A stretch of 64,000 nt of DNA, taken from NCBI RefSeq assembly GCF_012563545.1, contig NZ_CP050804.1, forward strand, positions 1,843,285-1,907,284, read 5' to 3'. Position 1 is the stretch's first letter. Each line of letters opens with the position of its first letter. The stretch is from Arcanobacterium buesumense (lineage in GTDB: Bacteria; Actinomycetota; Actinomycetes; Actinomycetales; Actinomycetaceae). Below the pieces are notes generated by a model, which was not told the DNA's origin, did not search any database, and saw only the letters and a list, made by a program, of their open reading frames with translations. Made by a program: the position numbers and the translations under genes. This document shows positions 20,708 through 31,168 of the stretch, in pieces.

Positions 20708-21918
20708 CAGTTACGCACCCGAACGTTGAGCGCGTTGGGAACGATTCGCGCACGGATATGATTGGCGTAGCCAAGCACGTCACCATCGACTTGGACAGGG
20801 TGGGATTGTTCGGTTTCTAAAGTGGCTTCCCGGATGCGGTGGATATCGAGATCGCCTTGGGCTGGAACTCCCGGAATATCAACTTTTTTGATCCCCATAC
20901 CGCGAAGTCCGGTACGGCGGAGGAGATCTACCCAGCCGATGATTCCGGCGCGTGTATCAACTACTGCTAGTTCCATCCAGCCGTCGTCTGTTTTGCTGGT
21001 GGAATCGAAGACGAGGCCACCAACGAGTTCGCCACAGTTGAGAAACATGACGGTTCGAGCATCTGTTGTTACTGGTGTGGTGGCACTGCCGACGCTGATG
21101 GTGGCAGTCATTTTCGGGGCTAAAATATGTGGCATGGCCGCTTTGAAATAGGCTGGCCAGCCGATGATTTCTTTAAGTTTTTTGTTCGCGTCAGCTTCTG
21201 CCATGATTGCTGCGTCTAGTCCCATTCCAGCGTTGACGACAAAAACATAACGTCCGATCGTGGCTGATTTTAGGTCCTCATGTTTGGTTGATTGTGGTGA
21301 GGGAGCGTGAGCTTTTTTAACTTCTAGAACGCCGACGTCGATTTTGCGATTTATTCCAGTGAGTGCGATGACGGCGAGTTCCCGCACGTCGTCGAGTGGC
21401 AGGTTGAGGTTTCGAGCAAGTACGTTGCCAGTTCCTACTGGTATGAGCCCTAATGGAATATTCGTGTTGGTTAGTCCTTCAGCTACTACTCGTACAGTTC
21501 CATCTCCGCCGGCGGCAATAATGACGGCGGCCTGTGCATCGATGGCAGCTTGGGTTTGACTCACTCCTGGGTCTTCCGCAGTTGTTTCTAGCCAGATTGG
21601 TTCGCCGAGAGAGGCATCGTGAGCAGTGCGGGCGATGGCTTCCCGGATTTCTTCCCAGTTGGCTTTTTTGGTGGGATTGTAAATGACGTAAGGCGGGCCT
21701 TGACGGGTTGTTGATGTATGCGGGTTCGTTTCAGTATCACGCATAGTGGTGGTACGCCGGCGTTCTATCATCATCGTTCGGATAGTACGACGATTTCGTA
21801 GCATACCCAGAAGGGCAACCACTGCGATAATGAAGGTGGCTACCCAAAGAATTAAATCCCAATCCATAGGGTTAAGTTTACTCGATGTGTGCCACTGCAT
21901 GAGCAGGCATTGTCTCAA
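20707..21918 (-). CDS. Diacylglycerol-kinase-catalytic-domain lipid kinase (YegS/DgkB-like), with an N-terminal TM helix
   Basis: DAGK_cat motifs VIIAAGGDGTV and PLGLIPVGTGNVLARNL. The start codon is uncertain (several in-frame candidates). Confidence 0.7.
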   Translation of the reverse strand: MRQCLLMQWHTSSKLNPMDWDLILWVATFIIAVVALLGMLRNRRTIRTMMIERRRTTTMRDTETNPHTSTTRQGPPYVIYNPTKKANWEEIREAIARTAHDASLGEPIWLETTAEDPGVSQTQAAIDAQAAVIIAAGGDGTVRVVAEGLTNTNIPLGLIPVGTGNVLARNLNLPLDDVRELAVIALTGINRKIDVGVLEVKKAHAPSPQSTKHEDLKSATIGRYVFVVNAGMGLDAAIMAEADANKKLKEIIGWPAYFKAAMPHILAPKMTATISVGSATTPVTTDARTVMFLNCGELVGGLVFDSTSKTDDGWMELAVVDTRAGIIGWVDLLRRTGLRGMGIKKVDIPGVPAQGDLDIHRIREATLETEQSHPVQVDGDVLGYANHIRARIVPNALNVRVRN

Positions 21919-21969
21919 TGATCAGTCACCATTAGGAAGGCTGGCCGGAAAAGCACTATTCTTATAGTC

Positions 21970-23250
21970 ATGATCGATATTCGTACCCTTCGTGAGAATC
22001 CTGAGGCCGTGCGTGCCTCCCAGCAGGCCCGTGGCGATGATCCAGCGCTTGTTGATGCTGTCCTTGCCGCAGACGAAAAGCGCCGAGCTACCCAGCAGGC
22101 CTTTGAAGATTTGCGCGCCCAACAAAAGAATCTGTCTCGTACTATTGGCAAGGCTTCTGCAGAAGAACGCCCAGCTATTCTTGCTCAGGCTAAGGAGATG
22201 TCTGAGCAAGTTAAGGCGTTAGAAGCTGAGGCTAATACGGCTGCGGAGCAGTTCCAGGCTGCTATGTATAAGATCGCTAACCCAATTTTGCCGGGCGTTC
22301 CTGCCGGTGGCGAAGATGATTATGAAGTGTTGCGTGAGGTTGGCACGATTCCGGATTTTGCGCAGCGCGGATTTGAGCCGAAGGATCATCTGGATGTGGC
22401 TGAAGGCTTGGGCGCGGTTGATATGGAGCGTGGAACGAAGGTTTCTGGTTCCCGGTTCTACTATTTGAAGGGTATCGGCGCTCGCTTGGAGTTGGCGTTG
22501 CTTACGATGGCTGCTGATCAGGCGGAAGCTCATGGTTTCACCTTGATGAATACGCCAACATTAGTTCGTCCAGAAGTCATGGGTGGCACTGGTTTCTTGG
22601 GTGCTCACTCGGATGAGATTTACTATTTGCCTGCTGACGATCTTTACTTGACGGGAACATCTGAAGTAGCTTTGGCTGGTTATCATTCGAATGAGATTGT
22701 GGATTTGAGTGCTGGCCCGAAGCGGTATGCTGGCTGGTCTACCTGTTACCGGCGTGAAGCTGGCTCGTATGGTCGTGATACTCGTGGAATTATTCGTGTT
22801 CACCAGTTCAACAAGGTTGAAATGTTTTCTTTCTGTGCTGAAGAGGATGCTGTGGAAGAACATCAGCGGTTCTTAGCATGGGAAGAGGAGATGATTAATA
22901 AGGTGGAATTACCGTATCGGGTAATTAACACTGCGGCTGGGGATCTTGGTTCATCAGCGGCTCAAAAGTTTGATTGTGAAGCTTGGTTGCCGACGCAGAA
23001 TCGTTATATGGAAGTGACGTCGACGTCGAATTGTACGACCTTCCAAGCCCGCCGTCTTGGTATCCGGGAACGTTTTGCGGGTGCTACCCGGGCAGTTGCT
23101 ACGTTAAATGGTACGTTGGCAACGACTCGGTGGTTGGTGGCTATGTTAGAAAACCACCAGCAGCCTGATGGTTCTCTTTATATTCCTGCGGCGTTGCGTC
23201 CATATTTGGGTGGCCGGGAATTAGTAAGCCCGATTGGTTCTGGTCAGTAA
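21970..23250 (+). CDS. serS: Seryl-tRNA synthetase
   Basis: N-terminal coiled-coil arm ([12 protein letters not shown]...). Class II motifs (FRRE.GS, GR..RVHQF, G...A..R). Confidence 0.95.
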   Translation: MIDIRTLRENPEAVRASQQARGDDPALVDAVLAADEKRRATQQAFEDLRAQQKNLSRTIGKASAEERPAILAQAKEMSEQVKALEAEANTAAEQFQAAMYKIANPILPGVPAGGEDDYEVLREVGTIPDFAQRGFEPKDHLDVAEGLGAVDMERGTKVSGSRFYYLKGIGARLELALLTMAADQAEAHGFTLMNTPTLVRPEVMGGTGFLGAHSDEIYYLPADDLYLTGTSEVALAGYHSNEIVDLSAGPKRYAGWSTCYRREAGSYGRDTRGIIRVHQFNKVEMFSFCAEEDAVEEHQRFLAWEEEMINKVELPYRVINTAAGDLGSSAAQKFDCEAWLPTQNRYMEVTSTSNCTTFQARRLGIRERFAGATRAVATLNGTLATTRWLVAMLENHQQPDGSLYIPAALRPYLGGRELVSPIGSGQ

Positions 23251-23359
23251 CGTGACTGGTGTGGATTTTGCGCGGTCCGGGAGTAGTGCTCCCGGACCGC
23301 TACCCTATTTTACTGAGGCATTAGCGCAACGGCAGTTACCTTCAGCTGGCCCACAGTTA

Positions 23360-24190
23360 ATGGTTGCCCTAGATATTGATGGCACAACGATTCGTCATGA
23401 TACGTCTCTTTCGCCGCGGGTTCGGGATGCGATTCATGCTCATCTTGATGCTGGGACACATCTCGTGTTCGCTACCGGCCGGGGTATTACTGGCACTCAG
23501 ATTGCGCTGGCCGATGTTGGTTTTAATCGTGGGATTACGGTGATGTGCAATGGGGCAGTGACTGCCTCAGTTGGGGGCGAATTACCAGATTCGGTCACTA
23601 CCGCGTTGCCTGATTTTTTAGACGATGACGGGCCAGTGTATCGGCTAGTCGAAGCGCATACGTTTAATCCGCGGCGCGAGATTGAGGTTCTGTCTGCCGG
23701 ATTACCAGATGACGTGTGGTATGCGTTAGAGACGCTAGATGAACCGACCCGTGTGACGTATCCATTTCCCGCAGATGAGCTATCGGGGCCGAGCCGGCTT
23801 GTCTCGATTGACGAATTAGCCTCTGATCAAGCTACTCGACTAACCGTGCGGGCAGCCAAAATGAGTGCTCATGAACTGTTAGAGGCAGTTAACCAGCTAG
23901 GTTTGCGTGGTGTGGAGTATGCCGTTGGCTGGTCTGCCTGGATGGATATTACTCCGGAAGGGGTTTCGAAGGCATCCGCGTTGGAGTCAGTTCGCCGGCG
24001 TTGGGGTATCGATCTGGCGCACACCGTGTGTGTTGGCGATTCTGGTAACGATGTGGACATGTTGGCGTGGGCTGGCTTAGGAATTGCGATGGGTAACGCG
24101 CCGGATTACGTTCGCGATTATGCTGACGCGTTCACTGATCACGTTGACGACGACGGGTGCGCTGCTGTCCTTGAGTCTCTCTTGCCGTGA
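23360..24190 (+). CDS. Cof-type HAD-IIB family phosphatase
   Basis: Motif I LDIDGTT, motif II FATGRG, motif IV GDSGNDVDML. The start is placed at MVALDIDG. The longer GTG-initiated ORF from 23234 overlaps serS. Confidence 0.7.
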   Translation: MVALDIDGTTIRHDTSLSPRVRDAIHAHLDAGTHLVFATGRGITGTQIALADVGFNRGITVMCNGAVTASVGGELPDSVTTALPDFLDDDGPVYRLVEAHTFNPRREIEVLSAGLPDDVWYALETLDEPTRVTYPFPADELSGPSRLVSIDELASDQATRLTVRAAKMSAHELLEAVNQLGLRGVEYAVGWSAWMDITPEGVSKASALESVRRRWGIDLAHTVCVGDSGNDVDMLAWAGLGIAMGNAPDYVRDYADAFTDHVDDDGCAAVLESLLP

Positions 24191-26338
24191 GGGACGCTGG
24201 GCAGCTTGCCCGGCGATCATGGCTGATAGGGCCGGCAAGGCGATATATAGGCCTTCTTTGATCATTATTGCGCCCGAATCGTTAATCGGTACGGCAACAA
24301 GAATACCTACTGCAATCCCGATAGCTACCGGAATGAAACCATATCCAGAGGTTAGGGTGTGTAGTGAAGAAAGATGGATACCTGAGACGTTATTCAAGTA
24401 GCGGGTGGCATAGATGGCAAGCACACCAGCGATCAGGAATAACGCGATAAGGATAAGCAGATCTGGCCGGCCTACAAAAGAGCGGGTCACGTCACGGATT
24501 TTTCCACCGATAATCGCCCAGCTTTCTGCGGTTCCAAACTTTGCCCAGAAACGACCGATATGTGATTCGCCGCCACGGCGAGCATCAACAAAACCGACTG
24601 CTCCCATCACAGCTACCGTGCTAGCAACCCACACAAGCAGATGCCACCATCGTAATTTTTTCCGTGTGATCACAAGGATCGCAACACCAAAACCGGCGAT
24701 AAGTCCAGGTGGGCCACCAAAATCGGCACCCCATAGCGGGATAGCGTCGATGGCAACTGCAATAACCCCGATAGTGGCGAATACCCAGGTGGAAACGCGG
24801 GTATCGTCGTCGATTGCACGCCGTAACTGAAGCCAGTTAATGATCAATAACGAGCCTACTAAGCCGCCCACAACCAAAATCAAGTAGGTACGGTTAGAGA
24901 TGCCGTAGTAGCGCCGGGAAGTCAAAATGAGTGACCCCATAAATCCATTGCGTTGATGTGGCGAACCGGCAATAATATCGATGCTGAGCACACTGAACGC
25001 TACAAGGGCTATAAATCCGGCGCGATGCACACTCAGGTGTGAGATAGCAACAAGAGCCACGGCAATCAAAGATGTTATGCCGATTGCCCATGCCTGCATT
25101 GCGCCAGGCCCGCCAGGCAAATCCCACCACGGTAAGAAGTTCAGGATGAAGGCGGCAGGCACCCAAGCAAAAGCCCACAAGTTAACCTGTTCAAGAACAG
25201 ACCAGATTTTGCGTGGCGCGCCCCAGCGGTGTCCTTGCGGGCCGGGTTGGGCGAGGAAGCACAGGAGCACTCCGGCGATTCCGATAAGAACTACCATGTT
25301 GAAGAATTGATACCATTTGGCCGACGATGACGCCGCCGTGTAGGCGTGGTGTGCCACATCAAGAACTGGAACCATTGCGGCAGTTAACGATGGCTTACTT
25401 TCAGTGCGTAGCCCCGAATAGTTGCCGGTGATGAGGTTTCGTACGTCGGCAATGGTGATGAACCCGGTGGCGCGCGTAAGGTCGGAATGGATTGTGGCGG
25501 GGCCGCTAGCGCCGTCGATATCTATATTGGTGGCGAAGAAGTGCAGGTGGGCACGGCGCCATTGGTCTCCGAGGGAGGCGATAATAACTTTTCGTGGATG
25601 GTCACTATGCTTGTTTGCGGTGAGGATGTTGATAAGTTTTTGTTCCACGAAGGTGTGCTGGGTGGCAACATCGAGGTTTCGTGGGGCTCCGCGGATGGAG
25701 CCGATATCAACAACGACGTCGGCCGGAACTGTATCTAATATCCGGGTAAGTTCTGTTTGGGATTTTTCTTGGTTTTCGGCAAAACCGGCGTCAGGTAGCG
25801 GGTACCAGTGATCCACTGTGCCGTCTTTGCTGGCCACTGGAATTACTGCGTTGCGTCCAATAGCTGTGACGTTCTCGGAAAATAGTGGTTTATCAGGCCA
25901 TTGAGTTTGTCCCAAGCGCCCCGCAAAGTTACGAATATGTACTGGGGCGTGGTCAGCATCTATCGATGCTGGATCTTCAATAATGCTCGCCGGGTAGCAT
26001 TCGTCACCGGAGGAGACAACGAAGGATTCTGGCAGACGGTCAGAAACATCACGTGAGGTACGTAACTGCATCCATCCTTCGGAAGGACACGTGAGAGTGG
26101 ACACTGATCGGGGGGTTAAAGCCGCTACCGAGTAATCGTCTAGCAATCTGGAAAGAGCTGGATTGCTCAGGTCGATATCGGCTGGTTTAACTCCTGCCAT
26201 ACCGATGAAAAGTACGGAATCACGGGAAGAAGTCGGCGCCGTCGTTGATAAAGCTGAAGCTAAAACACCAGTACTGACTATGCCAATAACGCCTAGTATC
26301 CCAACTAGTATGGCAATCAAACGAGCACGCACGTCCAC
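24077..26338 (-). CDS. Large membrane protein, paralog of 18506-20707 (signal anchor + extracytoplasmic domain + polytopic C-terminal domain)
   Basis: Same architecture and shared motifs as the paralog (see that entry). Confidence 0.6.
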   Translation of the reverse strand: MDVRARLIAILVGILGVIGIVSTGVLASALSTTAPTSSRDSVLFIGMAGVKPADIDLSNPALSRLLDDYSVAALTPRSVSTLTCPSEGWMQLRTSRDVSDRLPESFVVSSGDECYPASIIEDPASIDADHAPVHIRNFAGRLGQTQWPDKPLFSENVTAIGRNAVIPVASKDGTVDHWYPLPDAGFAENQEKSQTELTRILDTVPADVVVDIGSIRGAPRNLDVATQHTFVEQKLINILTANKHSDHPRKVIIASLGDQWRRAHLHFFATNIDIDGASGPATIHSDLTRATGFITIADVRNLITGNYSGLRTESKPSLTAAMVPVLDVAHHAYTAASSSAKWYQFFNMVVLIGIAGVLLCFLAQPGPQGHRWGAPRKIWSVLEQVNLWAFAWVPAAFILNFLPWWDLPGGPGAMQAWAIGITSLIAVALVAISHLSVHRAGFIALVAFSVLSIDIIAGSPHQRNGFMGSLILTSRRYYGISNRTYLILVVGGLVGSLLIINWLQLRRAIDDDTRVSTWVFATIGVIAVAIDAIPLWGADFGGPPGLIAGFGVAILVITRKKLRWWHLLVWVASTVAVMGAVGFVDARRGGESHIGRFWAKFGTAESWAIIGGKIRDVTRSFVGRPDLLILIALFLIAGVLAIYATRYLNNVSGIHLSSLHTLTSGYGFIPVAIGIAVGILVAVPINDSGAIMIKEGLYIALPALSAMIAGQAAQRPSRQERLKDSSAPVVVNVISERVSIIANVIRRVTHRNS

Positions 26339-26459
26339 CCCTTCAAACGGTTCCTTATTCCATACTAGAGCAAAATTCTTCCGTACCAGTTTTTACTTGA
26401 GAGACAATTCCCTTACAATAATGAGAGCGTTAAGTTTCCTGCAGGTTTCTTGAGGCTAA

Positions 26460-26547
26460 GGAGAGTTGTCAGAGCGGCCGAATGAGCTGGTCTTGAAAAC
26501 CAGTATGCAGTAACCCTGCATCAAGGGTTCGAATCCCTTACTCTCCG
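26460..26547 (+). tRNA. tRNA-Ser (anticodon TGA), CCA not encoded
   Basis: Acceptor GGAGAGT/ACTCTCC. Anticodon loop CUUGAAA. Long variable arm. T-arm GGTTCGAATCC. Confidence 0.85.
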
Positions 26548-26612
26548 CTGGTTATCACGGTACACACTCTGAATTGGTGAAAACTTTTTCAGACCGGTAT
26601 GGTGGACAACCT

Positions 26613-26704
26613 GGAGACATGGCTGAGTGGTCGAAAGCGCTCCCCTGCTAAGGGAGTAGTCGCCTAAAAGCGGCTCGAGGGTTCAAATCCCTCTGTCTCC
26701 GCCA
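26613..26704 (+). tRNA. tRNA-Ser (anticodon GCT), CCA encoded
   Basis: Acceptor GGAGACA/TGTCTCC + GCCA. Anticodon loop CUGCUAA. Long variable arm. Confidence 0.85.
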
Positions 26705-26742
26705 AAACCCCGGCAGAAGTATCTGCCGGGGTTTTATTATTT
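26705..26742 (+). terminator. Terminator after the tRNA-Ser pair (ccccggcag..ctgccgggg + TTTTATTATTT)
   Basis: 9-bp stem, 6-nt loop, T-tract. Confidence 0.65.
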
Positions 26743-26770
26743 GCTAGGCCCACAACCCCAGTCTACCGAT

Positions 26771-26890
26771 CCGATTAGCCCGGTTAGTGTGAACCGTCAT
26801 CCCCTGCCAGCAGGGAACCCTACACAAAATCTCGCCAGACGGGACAGCAGTACTCTATATGATACTGCTGTGCCGAATCCCGAGATTTTG
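26771..26890. repeat. Copy A of a dispersed palindromic repeat family. The core runs 26824-26890 (aaaatctcg ... nested hairpin ... cgagattttg). Its upstream arm shares cccgattagcccggttag with copy D.
   Basis: Direct comparison with copies at 46605, 48795 and 51153. Confidence 0.7.
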
Positions 26891-27017
26891 CGCGCGTCAA
26901 ATTACTGGATTTAGCTCACAGCTTGGTAGGGATGCATTCTCTACCACGCTGTGTCTATATTTAGCAATGGCGACGATACGCGTGTATCACTTAAGCGAGA
27001 CTATGAAGGAGCTAGCT

Positions 27018-27515
27018 ATGACTGAGCAGACCTCAAACCCAGTAACCCCTGTTAAGCCTCCCTATATCGACCAGGTTCTTCCGGATGTTTATAACGCGAT
27101 GGAGGGTGTCGCGGTGGCATTAGGTAAGGCCTATGATGATGTCGACCTTCCGCGCACTCTTGTTGAGCTTGCTTATTTGCGGGCTTCGCAGCTCAATGGG
27201 TGCGCAACGTGCTTGTCTGTTCATGTACCGCGGGCATTGCAGGCCGGAGTTTCGCAGTGTCAGATCGACATGTTGCCGGCATGGCGTCACTCTCAGCGGG
27301 TATTTTCTGATCAGGAGATCATGGCGATCCGGTTAGCGGAAACAATTACTCGGCTTCCGGAAGATGCTGATTACAGTGCGCTAATCGGTGAAGCACTATC
27401 GGTTTTCACTAAAGAACAGCTTGTCGCTTTGGAGTGGGGAATTATCTCCATTAATGCTTTTAACCGGGTGTCAGTGGTGTCCCAACACCCAACTCGGAAG
27501 TACCCAAAGAACTAG
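27018..27515 (+). CDS. Carboxymuconolactone-decarboxylase-family protein (AhpD-like alkylhydroperoxidase core)
   Basis: CxxxH-type motif in LNGCATCLSVH. Size and layout typical of CMD/AhpD. GAAGGAG RBS before the ATG at 27018. Confidence 0.7.
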   Translation: MTEQTSNPVTPVKPPYIDQVLPDVYNAMEGVAVALGKAYDDVDLPRTLVELAYLRASQLNGCATCLSVHVPRALQAGVSQCQIDMLPAWRHSQRVFSDQEIMAIRLAETITRLPEDADYSALIGEALSVFTKEQLVALEWGIISINAFNRVSVVSQHPTRKYPKN

Positions 27516-27774
27516 TCGTTCCTTTTTGGTCCTGCGAGGGCGTACCGTTTTCACTTGTGAAATACGGTACGCCTTTTTATTTGTATCTACTTATTTGTCT
27601 TTATTTTCAATAGGACGTATATTTTCGAGGAAATGACCACAAGATGTTGAATAAACATTCTTTTCGATAATTGACTAATATCTACTATGTTCCTGTATTA
27701 GCAAAAAATTCATTATATTTTAGCGATATATATAGTAACATTTACGCATTTTCCATAAATATAGGGAGTCTGTA

Positions 27775-30484
27775 TGAAATGCAATAAACGCCTCGTTGGC
27801 ACGGCTTTGGGGCTGTGTCTTTTAACGTCATCGTTGCAGACTGGAATAATTGATGTTTTTCGGAACACAATTGACTGCTCATGCGGCTGTTGTTCAAGAT
27901 GATAGTCAACAACAAGTTGTCCCACAAGAAGTGAAAGATTATCTAGCCCAAAAGATCAATTGGAGAACTCAACACTTGCCCCCAAGAGGAAAATTGATGT
28001 CGCAACAGTGCAAGAGTACCTCGTAAAAGGCATTTCTGAGATGCAAGGTGCCATCGTTTTTATGGTGACTGCGATCTTTCCGATAAAGCAATCGCTCCCC
28101 TTATTTATAGCTATCCCTATGGTTCGCTGATTAAGCATGTTGCTGGCGAATGGAAAGTTGACAAAGAAGAAACCTCTTTCGAAAAGGGGTTATATAAGCA
28201 TACTGTGCGGTTTGCTTACCTTGTGAAGAAAGACGATGCGATCCGCGCCGATCAGCGTATTGATGAAATCGCTCAGTATTTGACTGCTAAGCTCAAGGAC
28301 CAAAAGGACGCATCTAAATCAGGTGACAGCGAGGATTATCGCAAAGCTCGACTCATCCATGATTACATCATTAAAAACGTTGAACCAGAAGCAGACGATA
28401 AGACCTCTAGCGGACAGTATTATGTTGACTCTGCTGAGGGCGACGGCAAGAAGTATGAAATCCACTCCCTCGAAGCTGGATTGTTCGCCCATAAAGGCGT
28501 CTGCCAAACGTATGCCATCATGTTTGATCGTATTGCTTCTCGAATGGGGCTAGACACTCGTTACATTCGTGGCAAGAAGACCTTTGGTTACTATGCCGAA
28601 GACGATACTCGAGCAAAGGAACGCATTGAGAAGCAGATTGAAGCCGGTAGGAAGATCGCGGCTAAAGGCGGACGCTGGCCAGATGCTAACCATTCATGGA
28701 ACCAAGTAAAAATTGATGGGCAGTGGTACCACCTCGATCTGACGGTTGACGCTGTTGCTGCACGTGTAGCCTATAAGTACACGTATGGCGGATTCTTGCT
28801 CACAGATGAGGAGTTTGGAAAGCCTGCGTCGTGGTGGCTTGGCGTTTTCAACAATAAGAGCTACTACACATACGTAGACGTTATGTGGAACCAGAGCGAG
28901 GCTCAACCAGCAACCACGCCAATGAACTTCGGTTCATTATTCAACGCGAAACATTTTTCACGCCCGATATTGCCTCACCTAGACGGAAAATACCATCCAT
29001 TAGGTAGCTTTAACGATTTGACTCAAGGCACCATTTCTACTCATACCACTTCTGAGCAAGCACAACCAGTGACCCAGATTGTCTCTGCGTACGGGGCTGA
29101 CGAAAAGGCGGAGATAGCTGCTGGCACATCAGCAGATGAGTTACTAAAGCTTCTCAAGGTACAGGGAATCACTACCCAGACTCAAGCAGAATATGTTCTT
29201 GGCACGATTGAAGATTCTCCAGTGTCACTCGAAACACCCGATGAATGGACTGCGGTCAAGGATACAATTGACTCACAGGTCGATCTTCATTCAGTAGCTG
29301 AAAATGGCGCCAAACTTACAATCCCAGTAGCTGTTGTTAAACCGGGAACGGAATCTCACGCGCTAGCCCGTATCCAGGCGAAGAATGGCAGCGCACATAT
29401 CGATCAGATTCATCCACAAGGCGAGAGCTATGACGAACGAGTGGATAAAGATGCCTATGAGGCACAGCGTAAAGTTGCCGAGGCAACAATCCTTTCTGAT
29501 ATTACATCTTCTTATACAGACGGTGACACCAACACATCAACCATTCACGTCTCTGTTCAAGGACTAGATACCATCAAGCTCGATACTCCTGGCGAATACC
29601 CGGTAGTCGTGGTTGCTCAGGGTAAAGATGGCTTGTGGACGAAGCTTGATTACCAGGTCGTCGTCGACGAAAAACAACGCCCAAGTAGCGTAACGATTAC
29701 CACCAAGGATAATGCGGACGTGTTGAACGTTGCCTCGGATACCAAATATTATGTTGATCCGTCATCGTTCCATAGCTTCTTAGGTAAACGCGAAGGCGTT
29801 AACTTAATTGCCAAGCGCACCAATTCATTCGGGCTAACGTCCCAGGTCGACGAAACTATCTCTTTCGTTGATTCCGCCGGCAAAGAGTGGCCACACAACG
29901 AAAGCGAAGATATATTTATCGACGCTGATGGCAACCGGTTGTTTAACGACATAAAGATGGTTGACCTGGTTCGTAAAGCAGGTTCATACCGGATTAAAGT
30001 AACCGCTCAGTACGCTCAAGAAGCCCCGAAGGTTCGTTACATCACCGTCAATATTACGAATGGCGACGATCAGGCATCTGAGGCAGCACAGCATGAGGCT
30101 ATTATGACCGTTGACCGGCTTGAGAATCTTTCGATGACGTCGAAGATCAAGTATGAGAATGAAATTCGGGAGCTTTCTTCGGCAAGCGCTATTGCTGATG
30201 TTGTTAAGCGAGCTACGAATGATCTCTCAGAAAAGACGTCTGTTTCATACATTGTGGAACACGTTGACAAGGAAACTGGTCAAGCTCTCACTTACCCAGT
30301 GAAGAAAATCGACTTCGTTGGGGCTACGGTAAAAGAGCAGGCCGACAGCTATCTTTTGAGCAAGGGACACCTGGTTGATCTGACAGAACAAGAGCTGCGG
30401 TTAACTGGCGGAGGTCAAAAGATTACTTTCACGTATTCGCGTCAGGCTGATCCGGCAAACCAGACCGATACTGTAGCAGAATAA
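27775..30484 (+). pseudogene. Secreted transglutaminase-like cysteine-protease-domain protein with C-terminal repeat/Ig-like region. The 5' 430 bp is broken by at least three frameshifts. The intact distal ORF is 28205-30484.
   Basis: RBS-preceded ATG at 27775 encodes a signal peptide (MKCNKRLVGTALGLCLLTSSLQTG) but stops at 27900. Protein-like sequence continues in two other frames and then in the 28205 ORF frame from about 28040 with no start codon. TGase-like core motifs GVCQTYAIMF...HSWNQVKIDGQWYHLDLT (Cys-His-Asp). Confidence 0.55.
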
Positions 30485-30746
30485 GCCAACTATAATCACA
30501 AATATCACGGTGGGGAGCAGGCCGATTTTACAGTACTATAGGAATGTATTTCCTCGCAAATGAGAAACGACAACCTATTATGATAACTTTCGCTATTTTA
30601 GCCATTATCGGTACCGCAATTATTCTTCTTTCAGTGATTTTGATGGCGTCTTTGACCTCATTATTCCTGATGATTTCTTAGGTTTTCCGCTTCTGCTATC
30701 TGCTGGTTTAGCATTCACGCTGATTGGGTGTTCTGGCGCCATCGCT

Positions 30747-31157
30747 ATGGGTAGTGGAGCACGTGGCGGTACGGTTTATGCCGTTATTTGCGTTGTGACG
30801 ATTATTGGACTATTAATTTTTGCCAGGTTTTACCGGCTGTTAGCTTCTGCGGCGAAAAAGTCCGAGATTGAAGAATCAGTTGTTGGAAAAGAATTTATTG
30901 TTGTTTCGACGATGGACAACATTGTTCGTGGCACAGTACGTTTTCGTGGATCCGACGTTGAATTCTTAGCTCATGCACCGCACGATGAAACTAGTATCGC
31001 ACCTGGCGATAAGTTCACTGTTTTATCTGATGTTCGCCCCTACATTACAATTACCCGCATTGACGAATGCCTAAAGAAGACACTGTCACTGTTTGAAAAG
31101 AAAGACTATGGACATTATGGAAGCTATTTTACTTCTACCCCGTTTTTGTTGCGCTAG
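30747..31157 (+). CDS. NfeD-like membrane protein with C-terminal OB-fold (partner of SPFH/flotillin proteins). It is probably frameshifted: the upstream TM segment (ATG at about 30580) is in the -1 frame.
   Basis: TM + charged linker + beta-rich C-terminal domain typical of short NfeD. Upstream in-frame codons encode hydrophobic GFPLLLSAGLAFTLIGCSGAIA without a start. A 34-aa hydrophobic ORF (MITFAILAIIGTAIILLSVILMASLTSLFLMIS) in the other frame looks like the original N-terminus. Confidence 0.55.
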   Translation: MGSGARGGTVYAVICVVTIIGLLIFARFYRLLASAAKKSEIEESVVGKEFIVVSTMDNIVRGTVRFRGSDVEFLAHAPHDETSIAPGDKFTVLSDVRPYITITRIDECLKKTLSLFEKKDYGHYGSYFTSTPFLLR

Positions 31158-31168
31158 CAATTATCGCC

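Noticed and set aside
21919-21969. A possible T-box or attenuator upstream of serS
   Set aside because: The leader is only about 50 nt, with no specifier-loop or antiterminator-like structure visible.
31135-31168. A short ORF MDIMEAILLLPRF... between NfeD and flotillin as a separate gene
   Set aside because: It is probably the displaced true start of the flotillin gene, lying in a different frame across a T5 run. It is treated as part of the flotillin pseudogene.
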